From assembly GCA_965655095.1 (NCBI GenBank), contig OZ296659.1, positions 38,936,001 through 39,000,000 of the forward strand: a DNA stretch of 64,000 nucleotides. The letters run 5' to 3'. Below, in pieces: positions 48,801 to 63,598 of the stretch (position 1 is its first letter; every line of letters starts with the position of its first letter). This DNA is from Haplodiscus bocki (Eukaryota). The position numbers and the translations under genes were made by a program. The notes under the pieces were generated by a model that saw only the letters and a list, made by a program, of their open reading frames with translations, searched no databases and was not told where the DNA came from.

Positions 48801-51800
48801 AGTTTCGAAGCTAAAATGAATTTTCCACATTCGTCCCTTCCTGTGGAATTGGGCTGGATGCGTAGTGGGAAGGATGATTTAAAGAGGCAAAAGATACAAA
48901 CTGTTTAGATACTATTGTGGAAGTATCTACTTTGGCTGAGTCCACAGCACTCTTTGTGACTCTCTTCTCTAAATATTCATCGATGTTCACTGAAGCTTGC
49001 CTTTATATGTCCTTTCATTGCACCTGTAGCTAAAGAGCGGAATTAGATAGCAGAGAAAGGCTCCGCAAAAAAAAGAAATTAGCTGCTTTTACCATGACGC
49101 CGGGGAAAATTATAATAATTGATATTTTCGCAGCGCATTAGTTTCGAATATACAGTAGAAGGTTCATATGGCAGGCAAGAGTGACAATTTCATACAAAAA
49201 TCACGATATTAGCTGCTTTTGCCCTACCTCAAATTGCCACAAATCCTAATTTTGGATCGAATTTTCACATTAAAAAAAATTTGAACAGGTGACGTTTCGT
49301 ATTGGTTTGTGCCGCATGTCTTTAGAAAAAGGTGTTAAAGAAAACAAAACAGCGAAAATTCCAGAAAATTAGCAAATTATAGCGACATTTGTTCACTTCC
49401 AATTTAGGAAATTATCAAAACAAAAGTCTGGTGGTCTTAAAACCACATGCAAGACTAGTTTACGTAATCCTCCAGCGGTGACCCGTGGTATCTGTCAGTA
49501 AACTGCAAAAAATATTGGTAAGATTAGAAGCAAGTGTGTTGGGCGTTTCTGATACAGTTATGTCCTGTCTGAAGAAAAGGTCAACATCGTACCTATAATA
49601 CCTTTGGCCTTCGGCTTCCATATTAAGAAAAGGCCTTCGGATCAATGCAGCAGAAGTAGACATTGAGTTTTGAAATCTGCTCCGATTGGACTCAGGTCGA
49701 CCACTAGGCATTCAGATCAGTTTTAACGAGCAACCCCAAAAACGTCTTCATGTTTAAAACTGAAAGTCATTTTTTTCGCAATGCAATGAAGAAAGACCAC
49801 CCAAGCTACTAAAATGGAGTTTACCGTCACCAGTAGTTGATTCATTTTTACATGGACCATCCGATAACTGAAAAAAAGCAGCTTCAGCTGGCAACGCAAG
49901 TGAACACATCGTCAGGTTTCCAACTACAACTGAAAATGTTTCGTGGGAAAGTTTCTGAAAATGAAATTCCTGTCAATAACCAAACTTTCCAGTTGGTTAG
50001 TTTTTGAATTAACCTCAGACAGTGGCAATGCGGTTGTTGAGTGGACAAAAAGTAAGCTATCTGTACGATATTTTCTATTTCAAAACAAACATATGTAATT
50101 TATCGATAAATACACGAGTAGTTGTAAGCTTGCCAAAGCCGAGGGTGAAATCAGTACACTGAATACTTCCAGAGTCACCCAGTTGCGGGCTTGAGGGCCA
50201 CACGCAGTGAAAATTTTTGTCGGGAACACTTTAGACTCCCGAAGCGATTGCGAGTTTTGGGTGGAGGCAGAAAAACAAATAGTTTCTGATCGACACATAT
50301 GTTTGCTTCTCTCGCTTCCTTCGACTGGCAAGTGTAACAGAGTAAGAATCCCCCGGAAACACTTTCCAAACTGATTTTATCACGAAAATTTTTTAAATCT
50401 TACAGAGAAAACCTATTTCTCATTTGAACTGACCATATTGATCGCAAGAATCGAACTTTTTTAACATTACATCACCACCAGTAGAATGTCTGATTTTCTG
50501 CAACTCAATCTAATGCAACTCCCGAATTAAGAAAAGACAAAATATTATCGAACGCTGTGCAATAGTATCGGCAGTAATTGAATAAAAATTGCGTAGTTAG
50601 AAAAAATTTCTTTCCCAGAGAGGTCGGAATGGCACAAAAATGTGCAATTAGGAACTGCCGGATGAAAGAATTAGGCAGAACTAGTAAGTAATTCAGAAAA
50701 TCAATAGTAACGCCTCAACTTGCATGGCAGTGGGTTGTCGATTAGGAAACGGTTGCCGCAGTTTGACCACTAATCATCTGGGAAGGAGTTTTCAAGAGAA
50801 GACGCAAGCAAAAAGTTCTGTATGAATTTCGAATCAGAAAACTGTAAGTTTTCCAAAATTACGAAATCAACTACCGAGTTTACCTCGAACATCTACCAAG
50901 TGATGGGAAATTGAAATACCTTCGTAATGATGATCGCCAATCACTCGTATTCAAGAAAAGAAATTTCAACGGCTGACGCGAAAAAAAAACATGAAATTTC
51001 AATTACAAAATGCGTTTTCTTTAACTCAAGTGCAAAACTCACCAATCACTGTACTCATGAGACAGTTCCGGCAACTAACGCTTGAATGAGCTCGAAGTTC
51101 ACACAGTCTGACCACAGCCGTCGAGAAAAACGGCAAGTTCCATTTAATAAGCAATGCAAAGAAAGTCATTTATGGTTTTTGACTACAATGCAGGATTTCT
51201 CGACATGGAAACGAAAAACAACCATCTAAGCTGTTTCGCAGAATTGAAACGAAACGTGTATGTGAATCAGCACTGGAGTGACCCGAAGTTATCCCTACTC
51301 AGTGAAAAGAAAAGATTTTTACAAATAACGAAGGTGAGAAGGTCTTTGAACTTTAAAATACAAGTCAAGACTTTTCTTAAGATGCATTTCTTTTGTGTTC
51401 AAAAACCACTGCTCATGAAAAAGTTATGATAACCCAATTGTTGCCCAAATTTGAGGTTCTTCAGGAAAATTTGATGACCTGCAAAAGATACACAACATTT
51501 GGGCTAAAGCGATTTCAGGAATTCATCTATCTTAATGCAGGGGAGTCGCATTTTTGGGAATTCTATTTCTAAATTTTCCAAAATATGGAAGACTTCACGA
51601 AAAGCTTGTTACCATGCCCTCTGGTCTCAATAAACTATCATGTAGACTTGATAAACTACTTAAAAAAGTAAAATGTGAAAGCATTATGATTCACTAACTC
51701 TAAAGGTAAAAAAATTTGCGGTAAAAAAGCTCTTGGCATATTGGTCAGAATTGGTCATTCAAAAGAATCCTGGTGATCCTACGAAAAATATCAGAAACTT

Positions 51801-52743
51801 TTGTCCTTACTTCTTTTTATGACCTTCTTATGTCTTAAAATTCCTTTGCACAAGTTTCAAAAGGGAAAGCGAAAACACAGGATCACATTACGGGAAAAGT
51901 AGAACAATCCTAGAAAATATGCAAGATTTGAACAGCTGTAAAAAGCAAAAAGATAAAAATCGTCCCGACAACCATAATAGACTTACATCGCTCGCTACGC
52001 TCAATTCGCGAGAGCAACACAGAGGAAAAGCAGCAGAGGTCCGGGGAGCTGGAAACCCAGAAGAACCCGACTCTTTGACATCTCTTCAAAAATACTCGGC
52101 TTCCTGCTTTTTTGTCAAAGATACTAGTGCCAACGATGTGGCGGTACCAGTACGATCATCGAGTTAATAGTTTACTACCAAGTAGCACCGCCCATTTTCT
52201 GTCCCAAAATTTCCGGCAAGAAGTTATGTATTTCTGCTAGAAAATCGAATCTTTCCCATATTTTGTCATATTGTTGTAGCAAACGTTTTCTCGAGGACTT
52301 CATTAGTAATTACGTGACGTGTTAGAAGTGTGCACTGGGCTAGCATTTCGGAGCATTGGCTGGCCCAAAATTCTGGCCGTTGATTATTTTCGGTAACCGA
52401 TCGATAATTTATTACCGCTGATAATGCTTAAACGCTGATAATTATTTTCGATAATTTATTTTTGCTCAAAAATGCGGTAAAACAGTTTTGTGCATTTGCC
52501 TCAATGATATTCGCTACTTCTGCAACCTTTCGACAAATTAGCTGTTTCGGTATATTATCGTCAAGGATTACTTATCACGTAGATCCCGTGTTAGCATTTT
52601 AATCGAAACGTAGGGGCGGCGTTTGTCGCGCCTGTTTTTTTCCGTAATTTTTCATAAAAATTTTCTTTTCTGACCTTTCTAATTTCTGCTTCGCCGTCGG
52701 AAAATTAAATACGTTCCAAAAATCAAACCAATTTTTGTTTCAG

Positions 52744-55700
52744 CTCTGTTAGAGGCAATAGCTTCTCATGCTGCGAAAGATCTCAGTATATTCATCCTGC
52801 AGGGTATCGAACCCCAAATGAAGATCAACCAATTGATTGGAGGTCTACAACTGCGACACGTGGACTCATTCTTCTCAAAGTCTTCTCTGGATCTTCCCAT
52901 TATTTCTCTAGTGACCAAAAACAAACATTTTGAAAACGACGAACTTGGAGTATGTTTCTCAATTTCGCGAAAACTGGAAACCGAGTTTTCCAACAGGCGT
53001 GACCTTTGGGTGACATTGACTAATGTATATGACCCGAACATTGAAAACAAGCTGGGAACCTTAGTCAACTGTTTTTCTCGGTCTTTTGGGAAAAGGCTCA
53101 TCAAGGATATCAAAGCGTACGATTATTCCAGGTCAACAATGGAATCCGTCTTCAAATTCATGCGCCGTGATATTCCTGTGGCTGTAGCATATCCAATCAT
53201 TTCCAACTTTTTATGGATGAAGTTTTACTCTTACGACTTTTACCTGAAAAACATTGCAAAAGTTCTGCACCTAGTTTCACCCAGTGTTTTCTTGTATGAA
53301 CTTAGAGTCGCCAGATACGATGACCTTGAACCTTTTTTGACCTCTGAGGTCATGAAGTCACGCAACGTGAACCCCATGATTCTTGACATGCTGTACCTGA
53401 AACTACGAACTGATCCCTCAACTCTGCAAGTTTCTTCTGTGAGTGAATTCAAAGAAGAGAACATACAGTTATCATCCATTGTGTCCTTTATCTCCTTATA
53501 CGGTACTAGAGTACTGAGTTCTGTTAAATGGGAAAAGTTTTCCAAACTGGTGCTTCAAAATCTGCACAAATTTGAAGTCATAGATAACTACGACCTGGCC
53601 CGGCTGATTTTCACGAAAGTTTCACCTTTATTGGAAAAGGAAAAATCTTTGCAACCCTCTCAGTTAATACCAATTTTCCGAGGAATACCTTCGTCGTTTT
53701 TCAATTCCGGGAATTTGAATGATGTGGTTTTGGATTATCTTCTGAAAGGACCTTCTTTAAACCTTCAATCATTATTACCCACAACCTTGACGGTGTTGTT
53801 TCAACGTCAGCCCATTTTGAGGCAAAACCTGGAAACGTTTGCAACAAGTGACCAATGCCACAAGTATTCGGTCCTTTCTAATATCTGGTATTCCGAATTT
53901 CAACATTTCATCGTGGGCGATGACTCCAAACTAATTTTTGACAAAAGTGAGCAAAGTTTGATTGACGGTTGCAAATACTCAGTCACCCATCTTAAGCCCT
54001 TAGATTATGCGGTTCGGCTCCGCGGTTTCATGCAAGCTAACCGTAATTTCAAGGTCACTTTCAAGTCTGTGAAATTATTAGAAAATGCTCTTTCTGGTAT
54101 TCTAATTTCCGATATCAACGAATTTCCGACTACAGATGCCCTGGATGTTATAAATCTTATAACTATTCATACCGATAGTTTTAAAGAGGATAAACAATTA
54201 GCCCGAGCTATGGCGGTCAAAGCTTATGAGGCAGTTTTTTACCTGGGCCGGTTTCAATTCGGCATTTATGAAAAGTTAAACTGGAGGACCGTCCCATCTA
54301 TTTACTTTTCCTATTTCAATTCCTACATGCTCCGCGAGCTACCGGCAAGTTTCTTCGAAATTACGGTTCCCAAGAACACACTTTCCAACAACGACTGGAC
54401 CCGATGTTCTGAAATTACTTCTAAAATTGGCTACTCCGAAAACATGAAAACGCAGTTTTCAAACGCAAAGGCTTCATTCTTTACACGCTTCTACCTATCA
54501 TGTATTCCAGACAACTTCCTAGATTCCAAAAATTTGGTCACCCTAGGTGGCCTAGTTTGCGAGTTGCCCGCATGGGCTATTAGATCTCTGCAACCTAAAG
54601 ATATCAAAGACTACGGATATTTTTTCCATGATTGTTGTCTGTCCACATCTCAAGGTCAGGCTCTTAGAGACCTTGCATTCAGAGCTGAAATGTCATACGA
54701 AGATATGTACCTCTCTTTTGGTGCAGCTTGGTTGATGACGTTGACGCCTGAAGAACAGAACTACAAAGTACCCTCTTTTATTGGACAGCACCCAGGCGAG
54801 AGACGGGTCTACTATGAACAAATAACTGGCCTGCTTTCCAGAGGTACGGAAATGTTGCACTCAGATAAGAGTTTTTGTCGTCAAAAACTTTATTCATACG
54901 ACAAGAGATATATGGATAAATCCATAACAAATCTGTTCAACGCAACCTATAACCGAATGAAAGCTTTAAACTCTTTCAAGCCCTTCATTCCAGAATGCCA
55001 CGATGACTCATACTATAAGAGCCCAAGCTGCAGTATGTTGAAAAACTTCGGCGTGTCTTTGAAATATTCCACAGTGGAACAACTCAAGGAGATTTCAGAA
55101 TGTGACTTTCAAAATTGTCTGACCCAGCTGTCCAGTTTGAAGTTTTTGGATCTGAAGCAGCGTCAAGTAATCGCAGATAGGATTTCATTCCTAAAATCTT
55201 CGCGGCAGTTTTTGCTCGATATGGGTCCTACGGTGGGAATGAACACCTCAAACGATATTCCCTTAATGAGTTTCATCAACTATACCGACAGAGACGAGGT
55301 CGCACTTCATGGGTACCTGGATATTTGGAGTCCAGGGCAGTTACACTTTGGGGTAAACTCGTACTTGAGCCAGAACGGGATCCAAAGTCTAAGTTCTCTG
55401 ACTGCCCTGGATATAAATGCTCTGGGTAATTTCATCTGTGGATTATCGTTGCCAGAGTTGGTTCGACAACCAAATCACTCAACTTTGAAATATTCCCTCA
55501 AAACATTCTCTCGGTTATCCTTATGTACCCAAGAGGCGCTGAGAGAAACTGTGATTCATTTGGAAATGATGAAGTTTGTGAAAGAGCCCAAAAACTGGAA
55601 TGAATTTGACGTTAGAGACTATGGGTACCTTTTGGCGGGTTTTATGGTACAAGACCTCAACAGCATTGCTGCTAAGAAACCCTATATTCTTCAATACGCG

Positions 55701-56153
55701 GACAAACCCTTTTTCAACATATTGCACATGAGCGACTTGAAGTCTCTCAACTGTAGTTTTTGGTTGGCTGTCAACCCTGACTTGCTGCTTTCTCTTCCTA
55801 AACCGGCATTGGTTGATCTGAGCGACCAATTACAGCGTTGCATTCTTCAAAATATCAACTCAAACTTTATACCGGAAGAAAGTTTGAACAAAATCAGAGG
55901 CACTTTCATTGAGCCAGCTGAAAACGACCGCGGCAATTTTTTTCCACGCGGCGACTCCTCGAACTTTTTGGTGCCTGAAACTAAAACTGAAAAACCAAAC
56001 TCCAAATTAAACCTTTTCAAAGACGTTAAAAATGAAACTCAATTTATAAGAATTACCTATATTTATATGAACGGCTGTCAAATGCTGAAAACAGAAGCTC
56101 TACTTTTTTCTTTCATTCTTGCTTTTTGCTTATCAAGAGTGCAATATCTTTGA
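52744..56153 (+). CDS. Large terminal exon of an otoancorin/mesothelin/stereocilin-family GPI-anchored protein
   Basis: 1135 open codons after acceptor TTTTTGTTTCAG (52743). Family-like motifs LGGLVCELP, LTALDINALGNFICGL and W...DVRDYGYLLAG. C-terminal omega-like site (NG) with hydrophobic tail; AATAAA downstream (~56442). Confidence 0.75.
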
Positions 56154-56508
56154 AGGATGCTTCAACTTTTAGCTGCAGAGAACTTTGCTTTTGTTTTTTT
56201 ATGAAATATAAATTGATAGAATATATTGTTTTGACGGCGTTCAATTACTTGTATGAACCAAAATTTTCTAAAAGTCAGAATCTTTAGCCAGAAAGAAGAG
56301 AGAGCTTATAGTAGTATAGCGACCCTGCTTTGGGTGCTATGATTTTTGTAATCTATTTTTGCGACAAAAGAAAATTTTGATACTTGCAAGAAATGAATTT
56401 AAAAGTTAAGTTAAATAACTACAAAATTAAAAATTAGGGTCAATAAAACAAAGTATTTACAGAAGTGAATAAATATAAAACACTGACATTATTTTTCTTG
56501 GTTATGTA

Positions 56509-56513
56509 GAGAG

Positions 56514-56546
<33 letters not shown>

Positions 56547-56550
56547 AGAG
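56509..56550 (+). repeat. (GATA)n/(GA)n microsatellite
   Basis: Directly visible. Confidence 0.9.
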
Positions 56551-58949
56551 AAATTCTAGATTATTTTCTTTTAGATTAGAAAAGTTTATTTTTGCTATTT
56601 AGATGAGCTGCTGTTTACTGCACGAAAGGATTGTTAAGATTTTTAAAACGGAAGCGACGGAAAAAGGCGTGATGGGAAAAGAAATTGGTAGATGGCGGCT
56701 GTTACGAAAATGTCTACTTCACTAATCGTAGCTCTTAACGAGTGATGACTGATATACTCCTTCACTCGTTTTCTACAACGAACAGCTACGAGGAACGAAT
56801 TATTTACGAATTACTCTGACTGTGATAACGAGAGGTTGACTAATACTGGCCGAGAGGGAGTGGAGAAAGTGAAGAAAAAAATTGAGTACAAGACAATTGC
56901 TTCATATGATGGGTGGAAGATATTTTTTCGGCGTTTTCTCGGTGGAGAATTTGTTTAAAAAAATATTTTTCTCGATTTTCAGAAGTTTTCGAATCTGGCG
57001 CTTTTCTCCTGTAAGCTTCCATTGTACCTCAAAGGAATTGGTCACCGTCCTTATAACAAAATGAAAGTGGTATTTCGAATAGTAAATTTATCTTTTATAC
57101 TGTACGCAGTTGCGAAAAAAAATGCCACAGCAGAAACTTTGCTTGAAATGCATCTTTTCATACAAAAAATCCAGTTTCTGAATGAAAGTTCAAGACATAA
57201 GTACTACTGCAAAATAAATGCGGCTACTATGGAGGTACCAAAAGGTTTGTCGACCCAATATTCGTCTATGTGTGATAACATGGGTTCCCACACCCGGAAA
57301 TATTGGCAAAAAATTGTCATCTGTGGCAAAAACTTTCCGAGAATCCTCCAAAATCCGAAGTTCAGCATAGAAAAAGCATTTCTACTCTTCTTTGAACAAT
57401 GGATAGCCGGGATAATTCTCACACTTCAAGGGGAACTAAATGAGGTTGTCAGCTAACGTATTGCACTTTTCTGTCAAAAAGTTGTTGTTGCTTTTGGATT
57501 TTTTCCGGCAATCATCAGGCATCGAATTTTTAGCAACTTGTAAAACTGTAAAAGTGCATGATCTATACACGGACTTCTGGTTATTTTTCAATGGGCAGCG
57601 ACTTTTAAGTGATCTGTCTGGCCAATATAATAAGAGCTGCATCATGTTTACTTTATTACCTTGGTCACGTGAAAAGTGATTATCATTCCCATGTTTTATC
57701 GAATTTATGTCGTCGAATAAAGCTTTGTCAACATGTTCTTTGAACAGCAGCGTTGGCTCAGGCGTCGGCTCTAGTCTCTGCTGCCATGGAGAAGTGGTCA
57801 TGCAGGAAACCGTCGCGCAATATGCATTGCGGGTGTGTTTTTTCCGACAGTTAGAAGGCAAAAAGTATTTCGTATATTTTTAAGAAGACGTCTTGTTTTG
57901 AATACTTTCAAGCAGACATTTCGGAGTTCAGATAAATGGACAAAAAGAATCGATAGAGATCTGGAAGTTGCATTCACCGGTCTAGGATCGATGAATAACT
58001 AAAAATTTGCGAATTTTGGCGAATATTCGAATGACAAAAATGCTGTACTTCTGTGAGAAAAGTTCTTTTTTTTGCGACGGGAATCAAATAAGACAGAATC
58101 TTTTCTGTCGTTATCCACAATTTCATGAAGCTCCCAACATTCATGACTTTTGAGAACCAAATGTTACCAAATAAAACAACACCACATTTTATATTCGACA
58201 GACTGTAGTGTTGAAAATGTATGATTCAAAGTGCATACTTGCATGATTTTTTTTTGTCTGGCTAGATATTTCCGTCTTTGCTTAAACTTCAGTATTGTAT
58301 TATCTGTTAAATAAATATTAAATATTCCGATTATAGTTACCACATGATGCCAAAATACACACTTCATTAGACACATTTAAAGCCGAGACATAGAAAAAAA
58401 ATTTGCATTGCTTTTTGCTGTTAATTGCCAACTTTCTTTACGAGGTATCAAACTTTATTTACAAGTTGTCCGTTCTCGCCCAAAATGTAAACAAAGGTTC
58501 AGTCAAATTTGAATACGTTTCGGATAGATTGTGGCCGTGTTTAAAATATGAGCTGCAATGAAGTTATTGTAACAACAAAAAAATGAAAACGAAATTTGAA
58601 ATTTATTTCATCGATTTTACACCAAACATAAGGCCAGATTCAAGTCCTTTTTGAGGGACTAGTAATCAGGATCGATACTCAGACTATTCCGATTTTTTTC
58701 GCAGAGTTGCACTGTTGACAAATGACAAAGACAGGGTTTAAGGAAAGGCATCATTCCATATTTCAACATTTTTTAAGCAAACACTATAGCGTTATAGTAT
58801 CATTACAAATACATAAAATGAAAATAATATAATACATATGATAATAAAATAATATTTGTAATAAAATACATGAAATATATGATGAAACCCAGACAACTTT
58901 CCTATTTACCGAACTACGTTCGTTCGTTAAACTATTACAGTATTCAATT

Positions 58950-59453
58950 ATGTCGCAATCACCGGATGGTAGCCCAATACTAATCGAAGATGGTAGCTCT
59001 TCTGATTGGAATTACGGGTTGTGTGAATGTCTAAAACGACCCGACTGGTGCGTCATTGGCTGGATGCTCCCAGCAGTCCTAATCATGAGGATAGGGGATT
59101 ACCTGAAGAACATATCCCAGGTGAAGACCATCTTACTGCTCCTGGCCTGTGCCCTGATTTTCTTGAGGTTATCGATATCTTTCAACAACTCATACGTGAT
59201 CCAGGAAGAAAACGCCCCGAAATATATTTTGGGCGGAATTAGTCTTGTCCTGGCTTTTATTGGTCTGGCTATCATGATTGTGTACTGTGTCCAGTTGGCG
59301 AAATTGAGGGGACATATCAGGAACAGATACGGGATCGAAGGATCAGAATACAAAGATTGTTGTGTTGTATGTTGTTGCACGGTGTGTTGTGGTCTCCATA
59401 CCTGCCAGATGTTCCAGGAAGTAGCCAGCCATGAGGACATGATCACGGAGTGA
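58950..59453 (+). CDS. PLAC8/cornifelin-family Cys-rich membrane protein (167 aa)
   Basis: SDWNYGLCEC....WC..GW..P at the N-terminus and R..IRNRYGIEGS...DCC..CCC..C....QM..E at the C-terminus are hallmark PLAC8 motifs. Two hydrophobic helices lie between them. Confidence 0.88.
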   Translation: MSQSPDGSPILIEDGSSSDWNYGLCECLKRPDWCVIGWMLPAVLIMRIGDYLKNISQVKTILLLLACALIFLRLSISFNNSYVIQEENAPKYILGGISLVLAFIGLAIMIVYCVQLAKLRGHIRNRYGIEGSEYKDCCVVCCCTVCCGLHTCQMFQEVASHEDMITE

Positions 59454-62400
59454 GAAAAAAAGAAATAGAAAGAACAAGACATAAAAACGAAATGCAAAAG
59501 ACAAAATTGTATAATCTTGGTGTGGGTGACAAAACTTATCTCAAGAAGATAATTCTGATTAGTTACTGATATTTTGGTCATGTTTTCATTCAATCTGTTG
59601 TTTGAGAAAATTTAGTCTTTGTAAAGAAATTTTAAAAGGAAATGTTTTTTTTCTCTGTTTAAGTTTTGTTTCGTGGCTACATTTTAATTATAACTTTTGA
59701 CCGAATCTTAACGCTGGCGGCTTTTGAACAGGAAGAGAGCTGAACTTTCATGGTAGATTTTTTGTTAATAAGCGACTGAAATTACGCAGCAAGGAGAACT
59801 AGGATCTTCAATTTCTACAAATGAGTGATGCTGAAAACTTTCTAGGTTGAGAATTTTGAGTTTAAAATTGAAGAATATTTGGCTTTCAAAAATTAAAATA
59901 TATTTTGTTCCACTTATTCATTTATAGTTTACATAGTAATGAGATGCTTTTAAATGAATAGTGAGCATTCAAAATTACACTTAGTGATGCTCACACTCAG
60001 TGCTTACTAATGCTTTGATGTCAATAACCATTTTAGTGTGAAAGCATAAAAAGATTACGTGGTCACAATTTTTGAACTCTGATCCGCGAAAGCAACTTTT
60101 AAAATATTTAAGCTTTGCACAGCTTCCTGACTGCGATTAGTGTTGCTTCTGCTTCTGAGAACAGTTGCTTCCTGCGTAACCAAAAAGTTTATAAAACTAA
60201 AACCAGCAGAATTCAGAACTGATAACTAACTGAAGAGGCTCTTGCTCTTATCTCAAAAATTATTTTGAAAAATCTAGTTTATTGTCAAAAATTGAGGTCA
60301 TGCAGGAGGAACCGATTTGAATCCTGAAACTTTGCTGTGTGTCGAAAACGTTGAACTTCTGAAATAAATCAGAGGTTGGAACAACTTTCAATCTAAGCGT
60401 AATTTACTGCTCCAGTCTTGATTCCACGATGTTAAAAAAAATTATGTTACTGTATGTACTTCAAGTATGGGTTACAGAATGGTTACTAAATGCTCAAGTG
60501 AATAACGGTAGGCTCCGAGGTCATTTATCCCCGAGAACGCCTATAAATCCGAGAGCGTCTACAGACATTTTTCATTAGTTTAGAGCTTGTTAGTGTTTCA
60601 TTTCACGGGCACTAATGAATCTCCTCTGCCGGACGACGTTCCCGTGCTGGATAAACTTGTACATGAACTCGTCCCTTGGGAATTCTAATTGTTGCATTGG
60701 TTAGGCGAGTTTCGAAATCTGATCAATGAAGGGTCGAAATGTACTTTAATTCGTTCTTCGACATGTTCGTAGGTCCTTCTGTCTAGACCTAGTTCAGTTT
60801 CCTCGTGATCACATTCTGCAACCTGTTATTGGGTTTTTTTGGCGGAAATTTTCGGAAGTTTTTTTTATTTTCGTACCTTTTAACATATCTCAGAGTTCAA
60901 TATTTTGAGGGAACATTCATGCAGATAATCCAGCCCTGAATTTATTGTTGTTTGGGTTACAATGGGGAAGTATGAAAAATAGTAATTTGATTCCACAATT
61001 ACTTTTGCCGAGTGTCAGCAAGTCTGTTCACTTTAAGGTATTATTGCTGCAAATGATTGATTTAAAGTGAGTCTTGCTACGGATGAATTTGCGTGGTCAC
61101 GCGTACGATGGTCAGACGCAGTTGCTGTCATTGTCAATTTCTCATTGATTTGTTAGTAGGAATACTGATTAACTGAGGTGTGAAACGCAACTCGGCCACC
61201 AGAGTGTTGAAATCTCACCGTGCAGCTAGTACAAGATGTAACTTCATGCGATTTTTTTCGCATGAAATAAATATAACGGATAGCTTTTCTACAGTACTGC
61301 GAGTGAGACTAACTCATCAAATGTAAGCAGCGAAAGTGAATCATGTTAAAAGTTTACATTTTCTATTAATTGATACAATCTATTTCTACAATGTTTCGTA
61401 TAATAAAATTCATATTATTAGAGTAATTAAATTCAAGCTGAGACATTTTTTCACGGGTTCATTAACCCGCAGACTCGAAAATGGCCATTTCATGAGAAGT
61501 ATTTGCACGTTTTTTTTACTTTAGTGGTTTTTAAAATGTCCAAAGAGCACTTTATATTGGATAAAATTGTAATGTTCAGACATCTGAAAGTCTGTGTGTT
61601 GATGAAAAATGATGTGTTTTATTCTGGGAATAATCGTTTTTTGCTCTTGTCATTCATTTTGTCTCATTCCGATGAACAATGATATTAATTTGAGTTTCGC
61701 TTCACATTTCAGTCATCATCGTCTTCCATTCATCTGGATTGAAAAGCGATGTTTGAGTTGAAAACTTTTTCAATCTATTCTGCTAGTGCTATATATGTTG
61801 TTGCGTGCCATTTGTCCCTCCTATATGGGGCTGTCGTGTTTTCTATAGCAGAAAAGATTGCTGTGAAACCAAATAAGTTGGTTGTGAAACCAAAAAGGAA
61901 GTTTTCCGATGTACTGATGTGGTGAAAATTCAGCTCGCTGGTTTATTTTACAGACTCAATGGTGATGCGGGTTGATTACAATTGGACGTTGTTTTGAATT
62001 GTGTGTGTGCGTGTGTGTACGGTCAAAACTTACAAGTGCTTTTCTTTCAAACTCAAATGATTTTTTTGCGCCTATTGAGTTTCATGAGAATTCAGCACTA
62101 TCAGGGTCGCGTTTGTTTTTTTGCTTTGTGTAGTTTTCTTTAGAGAAGCTGTGATTTGATACTATACTCAGCAAAACAATTTCATGAATAGTACATAACG
62201 TTATATACTACATGATTGCTTCCACATGGGTTAAAGAAGGAAATAATTTGGCATAAATACATTTAAGTCTTAAAGCAAGATATGGCTAATGATTTTGCAA
62301 TATGATCTTACTACAATAATAACTTCAGGTAAATGTTACAAACGCATAGTTTAGGGATATGTTGTTTTCTGACATTTCCTTTTTACGGGCATGTCCATCT

Positions 62401-63598
62401 GGTGCAATTTTTCCATTGAAATTTTCTTTCAAAACAAACAATTTTTGGAGGTTCTGAAAACGGAGCCAGTACTTCGTCAGCTTGTTGATTACATTTCTGC
62501 GCAAAAGTTGATCCGAGGTCGAGTTATTTGAAGTCCCTACTGGATCTTTTAAGCTACTTTTAAATGCCTCTATGTAACCGAAAACCTCTTCCAAAAGTCA
62601 GGAGTATGAAATCAGGACTGTTGCAGAGATATTTCCAGCAGATTTCCGTATAGATCATACAAAACGAGGCTTCACTTTCAAATTTTCCTGATTTTCAACC
62701 TTTATTGTTGCATTGTTGCAAGCGGGATAAAGAGTTTAAGCGGGTTTCGTGCAATCAGAGTTAAATCCTTTTGGTAGAGCATTCACTCAGATGGTAAATT
62801 ACCATCATGAAGAATTTTTGAATTACAAGTTCAAGCATAAGAGAGCTAATAAATCTGTTAGTGACGCCGATCGGGTAGATCAGTGGTTTACAGCTGCTGA
62901 GTATCAAAGTATTCAGATTGCAATCAAAACGGATTGTGGGGTCGCAACCCACATCGGTTCCAATATTTTTTGTCACTATAGAAATTGGCATTGAATCAAA
63001 AAATAGAGCTCACATAGCTTCGATACCTTTCTACAGTGAACCCATTCCACGGTATCAACAAGTTTGGTGTCAGTAAATTAAAATGGCGCCATTTGAACCA
63101 CTTTTCACGTAACTATTATAGCGCAGAACATTTAAATTCCCGGGTCGAACTTTTTTGGGAAAACGCCGCTATTTTTCCGGTTAATAACGGCTCCTGTGGC
63201 TAATTGTGACCGCCGTTAACGCCCTTATACCGGAAAAATTTCGGCCATTATTTCCACCCTGGTTAGAGTGAAACTTTTTGACCGACATTGATCAAGGTTG
63301 AAAATACTGCTTTCGTATGAATTCTTTGTACGATTCTGCGTTATCCCCACCGAATGTTCCATGAAATTTTCGTACGTTGTATTCACGTGTGCACACAATT
63401 TTTTTGAATATGAAATACTCAGAGATTAGACATACTTCCAATAAAAGCAAATCGTGTAATAAATTCACTTGCAAGCGTTTATTAGCAACGATGCAAACAT
63501 TGGCATCGGTGCATACTCGAAAACCTGAAAAACCTTTTAATGCAACAGTGAAAACTTCTGTAATTTATGTGGAGTAGCTGAATATCAACTAACTTTAA

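Noticed and set aside
57022-57861. ORFs 57022-57456 (+) and 57436-57861 (-)
   Set aside because: Non-ATG starts, no family motifs, and mutually overlapping; not supportable as genes.
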